Source of the DNA: Firmicutes bacterium HGW-Firmicutes-12
GTDB lineage: Bacteria > Bacillota > Peptococcia > DRI-13 > PHAD01
Assembly: GCA_002841595.1 (NCBI GenBank)
Contig: PHAD01000008.1
Location: 1 to 56,131, forward strand
Reading direction: 5' to 3'
Length of the DNA stretch: 56,131 bases
Shown: positions 22,017-30,594 of the stretch, one piece after another
Layout of the letters: every line of letters begins with the position of its first letter
Position numbering within the stretch: the first letter of the stretch is position 1
The notes under the pieces: model-generated
Told to the model about the DNA's origin: nothing
What the model saw: the letters and a program-made list of their open reading frames with translations, nothing else
Database searches by the model: none
Made by a program: the position numbers and the translations under genes

Positions 22017-24689
22017 ATGGATACAACTGGCAAACCAATAAAAAAAGGCAAGCTGACAGTATTTTTAGGATCAGTTGCTGGAGTTGGGAAAACCTATGCT
22101 ATGCTTGAGGCTGGATATGACAAATATATGCATGGAAATGATGCAGTTGTTGGCTGTATTGATATGCCTAAGAAGACGGATTTGGCAACTCTGCTATGCA
22201 AAATCCCCATATTGTTAAAAGGAGAAAAGGCAAAGGAATCAGCTGCTAAAATTGCGGAGCTAGACATTGATGCGGTTTTAGACCGTAAACCACAATTGGT
22301 TATTATTGATAACCTGGCACATTTGAATGATACAGCTTATCGTCATAGTTACCGTTATCAAGATGTGCAAGAAATACTGGATTTTGGGATAGATGTATAT
22401 ACCACTATGGATATCTTTCATGTGGAAAGTCTAAAGGATATAGTGGAGCAAATTACTGGTATAAAGGGTCAACATACTGTCCCAGATGGATTTATTGAAA
22501 AGGCCGAGTTGATACTAATTGATGTATCTCAAGATGAGATAATACAGCGAATTAAAGACGAGAAGATTATTTTACCACAGGAATTAGGCCAAAACACAGA
22601 TGACTTTTTTCGTCCTGGTAATATAAATGCATTACGGGAATTGGCATTAAGATATACTGCCCAGCGTGTGGACAAGCAATTGAGTGAATATATGCAGGAA
22701 CATGATATTAAAGGACCTTGGCCTGCGAGTGAACGTATTTTGGCCTGTATTAGTCCGAGTCCTTTTTCAACGCAGGTAATACGTGCAGCCAGAAGAATGG
22801 CAGATGCACTAAAAGCAGAATGGGCAGTTATATATGTAGAAACACATTATCATTCACCGCAAAACGAGGTTGTCTATAATCAGCTAGCGAAGAATTTGCT
22901 TTTAGCCGAGGAATTGGGAGCTGAAATCATTACACTCACTGGAGATGATTTTGCCCAGGAGATTCTTTTAGTATCAAAACGTAAGAACATTACTCAAATC
23001 GTGTTAGGGAAACCCGCTCATTCGCGTATAGAGGAACTGAGGGGGTCTGTAGTTGACAGGGTTCTTCGAGAAAGTCAGGGTATAAGTGTCCACATTATTC
23101 CTGGTAAAAGCGTGACGAAGGAAAAACAGTCTATTGCAGTATATCGAAGTTTGAGACAGTGCCGATTATTTCCGTATACACTTACGCTCCTTCTTGTTGT
23201 GCTTATTACACTTATTAATAAATATATTGGTTTTGATTTGCCTAATATAGTGTTGCTTTATCTTCTGCCTGTTTTATTTAGTGGAGCATATTGGGGAAGA
23301 GGTCCATCGATAATGGCCTCGCTATTGGGAGTATTAGCCTTCGATATTCTCTTTGTTCCACCGATTCATAGTATCACAGTAGCTGATTTAAAATATTTAG
23401 TTAGTTTTGTAATATTTTTAGTTGTTGCCGTTACTACAGGCACTATGGCTAATCGTTTAAGATACCAGGCGGAACTTGCACGTAGAAGAGAAGCGAGGAC
23501 AGCAGCTCTTTATTCTCTTAGCCGTAAAATAGTAGCTGAAACAGAAATGGGGGGTATATTAAGAACTGTTATTAATGTAGTTTGTGAAAATATTAATGGG
23601 GAAGCTTTTATTTTCACTCCACACGATAATGGAGAATTATCTATTAATGCATTCAGTCAAGGTTTTCAAGAATGCTCTTTAAAAGAAAATGAGAAAGCAG
23701 TAGTTAACTGGGTTTTTGAGCATGGGAGAATAGGTGGACGCGGCACGGAAAATTGGGGAACTTCTCAAGGTCTGTATTTCCCACTTAAGTTCGAGGAGAA
23801 AAATCTGGGTGTTTTAGGAGTCAATATAGCCGAAGCAGAGCTATTGCTTTCATCAGAACATCGTCAAATGTTAGAAGCAATTGCAAATCTCTTATCCTTA
23901 GCTATGTTGAGTCTGCAATTATCAGCAGATGCACAGCAAGCTCGTAATTTGGCTCAATCAGAAGAACTTAGGATAGCTTTGTTTAATTCAATTTCACATG
24001 AATTACGTACCCCGTTAGCTTCAATTCTTGGTGCAGTAACTAGTTTGCTGGAAGGAGAGAATATATATAATCAAGTTGATAGGCAAGTTCTTCTACAAAC
24101 AGTAAATGATGAAGCCTTGCGAATGAATAGATTGGTTGGAAACCTGCTTGATATGGCACGGTTAGAAAGTGGTATGATGCAGTTGAAATATGATTGGTGT
24201 GATATTCAGGAAATTATGGGAGTGGTCTTACGCCGTATTCAGGAGTTAATTGGAGAACGGAAAATCATAGTTGACATGGCACAGAATATACCGTTGATAA
24301 GAGCGGATTTTGTTTTGATAGAGCATGTAATGGTAAATCTTTTAGATAATGCAAATAAATATGCAAAAGCAGGGACAAAGATAACTATTATAATCCTTAT
24401 GGTAGCAGAAGAAATACAAATAGGTGTAAAAAAAATAGGAGAGCCGATAACTGGTATTGATAGAGATAAGATTTTCGAAAAATTTTATAGGTCGAAGTCA
24501 AATCAACAAATTAGCGGTACTGGCTTAGGACTTTCGATATGTAAAGGGATAATTGAGGCCCATGGTGGAAAAATATGGGTAGAATCAACCAGTCATGGGG
24601 GGAATAGCTTCATCTTTACGCTTCCCTTGGATGATAAGATTCCTCCACAAGTCCCCACTGGCAAGGAAGGTGATACTATTGCACGATAA
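22017..24689 (+). CDS. kdpD: KdpD-type sensor histidine kinase (KdpD-N, Usp, 4 TM, GAF, HisKA, HATPase)
   Basis: GKLTVFLGSVAGVGKTYAML KdpD N-domain, H-box SHELRTPL, N-box NLLDNANKY, G2 GTGLGLSI. The G1 box is degenerate (see findings). Confidence 0.9.
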   Translation: MDTTGKPIKKGKLTVFLGSVAGVGKTYAMLEAGYDKYMHGNDAVVGCIDMPKKTDLATLLCKIPILLKGEKAKESAAKIAELDIDAVLDRKPQLVIIDNLAHLNDTAYRHSYRYQDVQEILDFGIDVYTTMDIFHVESLKDIVEQITGIKGQHTVPDGFIEKAELILIDVSQDEIIQRIKDEKIILPQELGQNTDDFFRPGNINALRELALRYTAQRVDKQLSEYMQEHDIKGPWPASERILACISPSPFSTQVIRAARRMADALKAEWAVIYVETHYHSPQNEVVYNQLAKNLLLAEELGAEIITLTGDDFAQEILLVSKRKNITQIVLGKPAHSRIEELRGSVVDRVLRESQGISVHIIPGKSVTKEKQSIAVYRSLRQCRLFPYTLTLLLVVLITLINKYIGFDLPNIVLLYLLPVLFSGAYWGRGPSIMASLLGVLAFDILFVPPIHSITVADLKYLVSFVIFLVVAVTTGTMANRLRYQAELARRREARTAALYSLSRKIVAETEMGGILRTVINVVCENINGEAFIFTPHDNGELSINAFSQGFQECSLKENEKAVVNWVFEHGRIGGRGTENWGTSQGLYFPLKFEEKNLGVLGVNIAEAELLLSSEHRQMLEAIANLLSLAMLSLQLSADAQQARNLAQSEELRIALFNSISHELRTPLASILGAVTSLLEGENIYNQVDRQVLLQTVNDEALRMNRLVGNLLDMARLESGMMQLKYDWCDIQEIMGVVLRRIQELIGERKIIVDMAQNIPLIRADFVLIEHVMVNLLDNANKYAKAGTKITIIILMVAEEIQIGVKKIGEPITGIDRDKIFEKFYRSKSNQQISGTGLGLSICKGIIEAHGGKIWVESTSHGGNSFIFTLPLDDKIPPQVPTGKEGDTIAR

Positions 24690-25371
24690 AGGTGCCCGTG
24701 TATTGATAATTGATGATGAAAACCAGATACGGAAGATGTTGAAGGTTGCTCTCTCTGCACATGGTTATGAAACAGCTGTAGCTAGTTCCGGTCAAGAGGG
24801 ATTGAACCAGGCAGCGTTTTTTCATGCGGATATAATTATTCTAGATTTAGGATTGCCTGATATGGATGGGCTAGAAGTATTAAAGCAGTTGAGGGAGTGG
24901 ACAGAGGCTCCTATAATTGTTCTATCTGTACGTGAAATGGAGACTGATAAAATCAATGCGCTTGATTCAGGAGCGGATGATTATGTTACAAAACCTTTTA
25001 GTATAGGAGAATTATTAGCAAGAATGAGGGTTGCTTTGCGACATGCAGCAAAAACGGATGATGAACCGGTATTGAAATTTGGAGAACTAACAGTTGATCT
25101 ATCGCGTCGTCAGGTCATGTTGGAGGGAAAGGAAGTAAAATTAACGCCAACTGAGTATGATATTTTAAAGAATCTTGTTATTCATGCGGGGAAAGTACTA
25201 ACTCATCGCCAATTACTTAAAGCTATTTGGGGTGTAAATTATCAAGAGCAAGCTCATTATCTGCGAGTATATATAGGTCAACTTCGCAAAAAAATAGAAC
25301 CCGATTTAACAAGACCGAGGTTTATAATTACGGAGCCAGGTGTAGGGTACAGATTTTTAATAAAGGAATAA
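24679..25371 (+). CDS. kdpE: OmpR-family response regulator KdpE
   Basis: RVLIIDDE... ILDLGLPDMDG... TKPF receiver domain, then a winged-helix EPGVGYRF C-terminus. TTG at 24679 lies 7 nt after AAGGAAGGTGAT; GTG 24670 or TTG 24703 are also possible. Confidence 0.88.
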   Translation: MHDKGARVLIIDDENQIRKMLKVALSAHGYETAVASSGQEGLNQAAFFHADIIILDLGLPDMDGLEVLKQLREWTEAPIIVLSVREMETDKINALDSGADDYVTKPFSIGELLARMRVALRHAAKTDDEPVLKFGELTVDLSRRQVMLEGKEVKLTPTEYDILKNLVIHAGKVLTHRQLLKAIWGVNYQEQAHYLRVYIGQLRKKIEPDLTRPRFIITEPGVGYRFLIKE

Positions 25372-25376
25372 AAAAG

Positions 25377-25425
25377 AAATCAGGTAAAATAACCTGGTTT
25401 CTTTCTTTCTTTCTTTCTTATTTAT
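25377..25425 (+). terminator. Terminator after kdpE
   Basis: AAATCAGGT / ACCTGGTTT stem followed by a long CTTT/T-rich tract. Confidence 0.6.
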
Positions 25426-25502
25426 TTAAGTAATAAGTTGTATTAAGGGAAAAAGCATAAGGCACATTTCTTAATCTGTCATATCTTTACGTTATCTTTA
25501 CA

Positions 25503-25556
25503 TATTGCCTCTCAATATTGACATTATATTGACATATTCTAGCTTACAATAATAAT
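25503..25556 (+). promoter_or_regulatory. Direct-repeat operator candidate overlapping a sigma-A promoter of the orf-ktrBA operon
   Basis: ATATTGACAT repeated at 25515-25524 and 25526-25535 (11-bp period), with a third ATATTG at 25503. TTGACA (25529-34), 16 nt, AATAAT (25551-56). Confidence 0.45.
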
Positions 25557-25629
25557 TAAATAAAAAAAGGTATCATAGTTTCCAGGCGGTAAAATGCCTG
25601 GTTTTATAATTGGAACTGGAGGGATATTT

Positions 25630-26160
25630 GTGACGGATAAGAATTTGATGATAGATGAATTGAAAATTCATTTGTATACGGCAAAACATTTGAAGAAATT
25701 ATCAATATATAATATTAATTTTGAGATATGGCAGCAAAAAACGTATAATACCCTTCAAATGCTGTTTGGATACAAATCTGATAGGGGAAAACAGTTTATA
25801 AATATAAGCTTTTCTCCAAGCATAGTGCGAAAAGGTATTAGTCCTCCAGATGTCATCCAGGCATATCAATCAGGACTTAATGAAGCTATTGCTTTACTGG
25901 GTGAGAGTATAAATATTTTGACAGATGAACAGTTCGATATAGGTATAGACAGTTCCAGGATAATATCTAATGTTGAATGCTATATAAGGAAAGCGTTTAT
26001 GCACGAATTCAAAAAAGAAGAGATATTAGATCGTTTAGAGAAAATAAAAGCAACTTGGAATGAAGAGGATTCAAATAAGTTTTTTATAGATAAACAAAAC
26101 AATATGCTTGTTACATTATTAAACAGAATAGTTTCGGATAATGAGGATGATAGATTCTGA
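25630..26160 (+). CDS. Hypothetical protein (176 aa), no family recognised, translationally coupled to ktrB
   Basis: GTG at 25630 lies 6 nt after GGAGGG. The stop TGA overlaps the ktrB ATG (TGATG). AT-rich, Lys/Ile/Asn-rich composition. Confidence 0.6.
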   Translation: MTDKNLMIDELKIHLYTAKHLKKLSIYNINFEIWQQKTYNTLQMLFGYKSDRGKQFINISFSPSIVRKGISPPDVIQAYQSGLNEAIALLGESINILTDEQFDIGIDSSRIISNVECYIRKAFMHEFKKEEILDRLEKIKATWNEEDSNKFFIDKQNNMLVTLLNRIVSDNEDDRF

Positions 26161-27545
26161 TGGAGCAGATTTGGATAAATCAAAGCGACACGAAAAGTAA
26201 TCGAAATAAGACGAAAAAAAAAGGATTGTTAATTCCTTCGCAGGTATTAGTTCTTGGTTTCGCTGTCATGATTTTAGTAGGTGCATTGTTGTTGACAATT
26301 CCGCAGGCAACAGTGGACGGAAAAGGACTTCCTCTTCTGGATGCTATTTTCACTTCAACATCTTCAGCTTGTGTAACTGGACTAGTTGTAGTTGACACAG
26401 GGACCTTTTTTACTATATTCGGTCAGGTTATAATCCTCATCTTGATTCAGATGGGGGGGTTGGGGTTTATGACCTTTGCTACTCTTTTTGCCATAATACT
26501 TGGCAGGAAGATTTCATTTAAAGAAAGACTACTTTTGCAAGAAGCTTTAAATCAAGTTTCGCTTGAAGGTATTGTACGTTTAGCTAAATACATTATTCAA
26601 GTTGCATTATTAATAGAAGGATTTGGAGCTATCATTTTAACGTTACGCTGGCAAACAGAACTAGGGTGGGGGAGGGCCTTGTATTTTGGGATTTTCCACT
26701 CAGTTTCTGGTTTTAATAATGCAGGGTTTGACCTCTTTGGTAACTTCAACAGTCTTGTCGGATATCAAAATGATGTTATTACTAATATGACAATGATTGT
26801 TTTAATAATCACCGGAGGATTTGGATTTGCTGTATTATCAGATTTATATGTAAATAAAGGGAGAAATCTTACCCTTCATACAAAGGTAGTTTTACACATT
26901 TCCAGTTTATTAATAATCATTGGCGCTGTAGTTATTCTTATCTTGGAGTTTAATAATCAAGCCACGATGGGAGGTCTTGATCCACTTAGTAAGTTGCTAA
27001 CATCATTATTTCAGTCGGTAACTCCTCGTACTGCGGGGTTTAATACAATTGCAATTTCTGAAATGAGAGACACTACGCATCTATTTCTTATGCTCCTAAT
27101 GTTTATTGGTGCTTCTCCCGGTTCAACAGGAGGAGGAATAAAGACCACCACGTTTGTAACTATTGCGTTATATGTAAAGAGTACTTTAAAAGGTAATTGT
27201 CAAGTTACTTTACAAGAAAGAAGTATTCCTAAGGATATAATACAAAAAGCAATTACTATTACCTTTTTGTCAATGCTACTAATTTTTATTGTTACTATGT
27301 TTCTCACAATAACAGAGGGTAGTGATTTTATAGGTTTGTTATTTGAGACAATTTCAGCATTTGGTACTGTAGGTTTATCTTTGGGAGTTACCCCAGAATT
27401 ATCCAACATTGGAAGAGTAGCTATAATATGTACAATGTTTTGTGGACGGGTAGGACCTTTAACATTAGTATTTGCTCTAAGCCAAAAAGGAAATAAAGGT
27501 GTTAAAAATATAAAGTATCCAGAGGATAGAATGATTATAGGATAG
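26160..27545 (+). CDS. ktrB: Potassium uptake protein, TrkH/KtrB family membrane subunit
   Basis: 461-aa polytopic protein with repeated selectivity-filter-like motifs (TSSACVTGL, NNAGFD, RTAGFN, FGTVGLSLG). Confidence 0.88.
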   Translation: MEQIWINQSDTKSNRNKTKKKGLLIPSQVLVLGFAVMILVGALLLTIPQATVDGKGLPLLDAIFTSTSSACVTGLVVVDTGTFFTIFGQVIILILIQMGGLGFMTFATLFAIILGRKISFKERLLLQEALNQVSLEGIVRLAKYIIQVALLIEGFGAIILTLRWQTELGWGRALYFGIFHSVSGFNNAGFDLFGNFNSLVGYQNDVITNMTMIVLIITGGFGFAVLSDLYVNKGRNLTLHTKVVLHISSLLIIIGAVVILILEFNNQATMGGLDPLSKLLTSLFQSVTPRTAGFNTIAISEMRDTTHLFLMLLMFIGASPGSTGGGIKTTTFVTIALYVKSTLKGNCQVTLQERSIPKDIIQKAITITFLSMLLIFIVTMFLTITEGSDFIGLLFETISAFGTVGLSLGVTPELSNIGRVAIICTMFCGRVGPLTLVFALSQKGNKGVKNIKYPEDRMIIG

Positions 27546-27554
27546 AGGTGAAAT

Positions 27555-28202
27555 ATGCGTAAGCAGTTCGTTGTTATTGGGTTAGGTCGTTTTGGTAAAA
27601 GTGTAGCAACAAATCTTTCTGCACTTGGGTGCGACGTTCTAGCGATAGATACTAATGAACAAGCCGTTCAAGCGGTAGCAAATCATGTTACACATGCTGT
27701 TCAGGCAGATGCTAGAGAAGAGGAGACATTAAAGGCCTTAGGAATAAGAAATTTTGATGTGGCCATTGTTTCAATTGGTAATGACATTGAAGCAAATATT
27801 CTAATAACAGTTATGCTTAAGGATATCGGTGTTAAAAAGATTGTAGCCAAAGCACAAAACAACCTGCATGGCAAGGTATTAGAAAAGGTTGGGGCCGATA
27901 AAATAGTTTATCCAGAGAAGGATATGGGTACGCGATTAGCTCATAATTTAGTTAGTGCTAATGTAATGGACTATATTGAGTTATTACCTGATATAAGTAT
28001 CATGGAAATAATATCACCTATAGCATTTCATAATAAAAGTCTTGGAGAACTTGATCTTCGTGCACAGTATGGGATCAGCGTATTAGCAATAAAAAAAGAG
28101 AATACTATACTGGTTGCACCAGGAGCTGAAGCAATGATTGAATCAAAGGATATATTAATAGTAATTTGTAATAATGATATAATGTCTAAACTACCACAAT
28201 GA
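27555..28202 (+). CDS. ktrA: Potassium uptake protein, TrkA/KtrA RCK-domain subunit
   Basis: VIGLGRFG Rossmann motif plus a C-terminal TrkA-C domain; 215 aa. Directly follows ktrB. Confidence 0.88.
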   Translation: MRKQFVVIGLGRFGKSVATNLSALGCDVLAIDTNEQAVQAVANHVTHAVQADAREEETLKALGIRNFDVAIVSIGNDIEANILITVMLKDIGVKKIVAKAQNNLHGKVLEKVGADKIVYPEKDMGTRLAHNLVSANVMDYIELLPDISIMEIISPIAFHNKSLGELDLRAQYGISVLAIKKENTILVAPGAEAMIESKDILIVICNNDIMSKLPQ

Positions 28203-28217
28203 ATATTAAATAAAAGT

Positions 28218-29627
28218 TTAGGACTTAAACCAAGCATTATGCAATAACTCTATGGCCACGACTATATCATCTTTAGGTATTCCAGCGAAGGACAAGAGGA
28301 TTTGAGGGTAGCGAGTCTCGGAGTTTTCAATGTAATAATTAGATACAGATGTTACTTTTACACCGACCTTATCCGCCAGATTTACAAGTTTATCTGCGGT
28401 AAGGTCGGTTTTGATTTCAAGTAAAATATGCAAACCAGATTCCTTACCTAGTATAGATACTTTATCCTGCATAATATCATGTATACTTAAAATGATTATT
28501 TGGTTTTTTCTAGTATAAATTTTCCTTAATCTGCGAATGTGTTTCTCTAAATTGCCCTCTTTCATGAATAAGGAAAGGGCGATCTGCTCTATGGTAGCTG
28601 AAGTTTGATTATATTTATTCATATTATTTTTATAGATAGGTAGTAAGCTAGGTGGTATAACCATATAACTTATTCTTAACGATGGTATAAGTATTTTGGA
28701 AAAAGAACCTAGATAAATAACATTGACACCGCCGTTCATACCTTGTAATGAAGGTATTGGTTTTCCGAAGTATCTCAGCTCACTATCGTAATCATCTTCT
28801 ATTATGAAAGCGTTGTTTTCGTGAGCCCATTTTAAGAGCTGATTACGCTTTTTGACCGGCATAGTTGTACCTAAAGGGAATTGATGCGATGGACTGACAT
28901 AAACAATTTTTGCTCTGCTTTGTGTTAGAGTTTTTATATTAATACCATCTTCGGCAATTGGTATAGGAATAATATTAAATCCGTGATCTTGAAAAATGTA
29001 TTGTGCTTTTTTAAATCCAGGGTCCTCAAAGGCTATGTCTCTACTTGATGGATCAAGAATGCTGCAGATTATGCGGATTAGACTCTGAACACCAGCTCCA
29101 ATTACGATTTGTTCGGGATGGCAGGTAACGCCGCGAGATTGTCGCAGGTATTTAGCGACCTCATTTCTTAGTGCAGGCTCACCTTGATTGTTTCCATAGG
29201 TAAGGAACTTTCTATTATCACGTAGAGCCTTATTAATAAATTTCTTCCAAATCGGAAAACTAAAGCTATCTTGATCAATATAATCGCTTCTAAAATCATA
29301 AACTACTTTACTTTCAATGCTTTCCGGTAAATAGGAATGGCCCGAAGGTAGAACATTATTATTAGAGGAGGGGTTATTTTCAATAGCTGAAACAAAATAA
29401 CCTGTTTTGGGCAAGCTTTCAATATATCCTTCGGCACATAGTTGTTGATATGCCGTATCAACAGTGTTTTTACTAATGTTTAATTGAGAAGCAAAATAAC
29501 GGATAGAAGGCATTTTTGTATCCATTGCTAATCGTCCGGCTAGAACCTCAGTCTTTATAAATTCATAAAGCTGTATATATAAAGGTGTCTTAATATTTCT
29601 ATTGAAATCAAATAAGTATAGTGTCAT
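28218..29627 (-). CDS. MocR/GabR/PdxR-type regulator (GntR HTH fused to a fold-type-I aminotransferase-like domain)
   Basis: N-terminal wHTH (MPSIRYFASQLNISKNTVDTAYQQLCAEGYI). Large C-terminal domain with the SFSK PLP-lysine motif. Confidence 0.85.
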   Translation of the reverse strand: MTLYLFDFNRNIKTPLYIQLYEFIKTEVLAGRLAMDTKMPSIRYFASQLNISKNTVDTAYQQLCAEGYIESLPKTGYFVSAIENNPSSNNNVLPSGHSYLPESIESKVVYDFRSDYIDQDSFSFPIWKKFINKALRDNRKFLTYGNNQGEPALRNEVAKYLRQSRGVTCHPEQIVIGAGVQSLIRIICSILDPSSRDIAFEDPGFKKAQYIFQDHGFNIIPIPIAEDGINIKTLTQSRAKIVYVSPSHQFPLGTTMPVKKRNQLLKWAHENNAFIIEDDYDSELRYFGKPIPSLQGMNGGVNVIYLGSFSKILIPSLRISYMVIPPSLLPIYKNNMNKYNQTSATIEQIALSLFMKEGNLEKHIRRLRKIYTRKNQIIILSIHDIMQDKVSILGKESGLHILLEIKTDLTADKLVNLADKVGVKVTSVSNYYIENSETRYPQILLSFAGIPKDDIVVAIELLHNAWFKS

Positions 29628-29635
29628 TCAACCTC

Positions 29636-29681
29636 CTGTACCCATGGGAAATAATAAAACTGTACCTTTTATAGGGTACAG
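29636..29681. promoter_or_regulatory. CTGTACC repeat set in the divergent MocR / S-component intergenic region
   Basis: CTGTACC at 29636-42 and 29660-66 (direct, 24-bp spacing). AACTGTACC-N8-GGTACAGTT forms a perfect inverted repeat (29658-29683). Confidence 0.5.
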
Positions 29682-29737
29682 TTATTATGTATATTATAAT
29701 AAAAATAAATGCAAGCAGCAATAAGGGGGAGTTATCT

Positions 29738-30247
29738 TTGGCTAAATACAACACAAAACAATTAGCGAGCGGTGGACTAATGGCTGCTTTAGTTATTATT
29801 GGAACAATGATAGTTCAGGTGCCAACACCAACAAAAGGTTATATCCATATAGGAGATAGCATGGTTTATCTATGTGGTATTCTTCTTGGTCCCTGGGCCG
29901 GAGGTATGGCAGCAGCAGTAGGGTCTGGCTTTGCTGATATGTTTTCCGGATACGGAATCTATGCACCGGCTACCTTTTTTATTAAAGGGATTGATGCTTT
30001 GGCGGTAGGTTATTGCTACAAAATGATAGTTTTTAAGGATAGCACGGTAATTAAAAAAAGCATTGCCTTCATTGTGGCTTTTCTTATCGGAGGTACGATA
30101 ATGGTGTTAGGTTATCTAGCATATGAGACTTTTCTATACGGTTTTCCAATAGCGGTTTTAGGCATAGTTGGCAACATAACACAAGCTGTAGGAGGAGGTG
30201 TCTTAGCGCTGCCTTTAGTACTAGTATTAGAGCGAGTAAAAATATGA
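29738..30247 (+). CDS. ECF transporter substrate-specific (S) component, substrate unknown (B6-vitamer candidate)
   Basis: ~170-aa, 5-6 TM protein with IHIGDSMVYLCGILLGPWAGG... GFADMFSGYG motifs typical of ECF S components. TTG start 7 nt after GGGGGAG. Confidence 0.7.
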   Translation: MAKYNTKQLASGGLMAALVIIGTMIVQVPTPTKGYIHIGDSMVYLCGILLGPWAGGMAAAVGSGFADMFSGYGIYAPATFFIKGIDALAVGYCYKMIVFKDSTVIKKSIAFIVAFLIGGTIMVLGYLAYETFLYGFPIAVLGIVGNITQAVGGGVLALPLVLVLERVKI

Positions 30248-30272
30248 GAACTATAAATATAAGCCAATTCGA

Positions 30273-30299
30273 CATCCCCACTATTATAAAATGGGGATG
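30273..30299 (+). terminator. Hairpin after the S-component gene
   Basis: CATCCCCA / TGGGGATG 8-bp stem with an 11-nt loop and a weak T-tract. Confidence 0.4.
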
Positions 30300-30414
30300 C
30301 TGCTATTTAGACAATAAAATACACATATCGACAATATATGTCACAGACAAGTAGAATGCAACATTGTATAATTGAATTAAGAAAAAAATGTAATTTATAT
30401 TGAAATTACCATTA

Positions 30415-30471
30415 ATGGTTTGGTTGTTACAAGGCATCCCAGAATGCATAGCAATAGTAGCATACTTCTAG
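30415..30471 (+). pseudogene. Truncated paralogous fragment of the 5' end of the downstream membrane-protein gene
   Basis: Translates MVWLLQGIPECIAIVAYF-stop. The corresponding stretch of the next gene reads LAWILQAIPECMATASLS. Confidence 0.55.
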
Positions 30472-30594
30472 TCCTTATGGCCATATTTATAGGAAATAAC
30501 GAAAACTGTATAAAATATGCAAAAGAAAAAGGGTTGAGGCAATTTTTATCGAATAGAGTTCTGTAAAGGAATTTATAAAGGAGTGTGGATAAAC

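Noticed and set aside
25227-25433. 68-aa ORF overlapping the 3' end of kdpE and its terminator.
   Set aside because: It is an alternative frame of the conserved KdpE winged-helix region running into the CTTT-rich terminator tail. There is no RBS.
25372-25629. A c-di-AMP (ydaO/kimA-type) riboswitch upstream of the ktr operon.
   Set aside because: The leader between the predicted promoter (~25556) and the start codon is only about 70 nt. That is too short for the ~130-150-nt pseudo-symmetric ydaO fold, and no ACGGGGA/CCCGA-type cores are seen.
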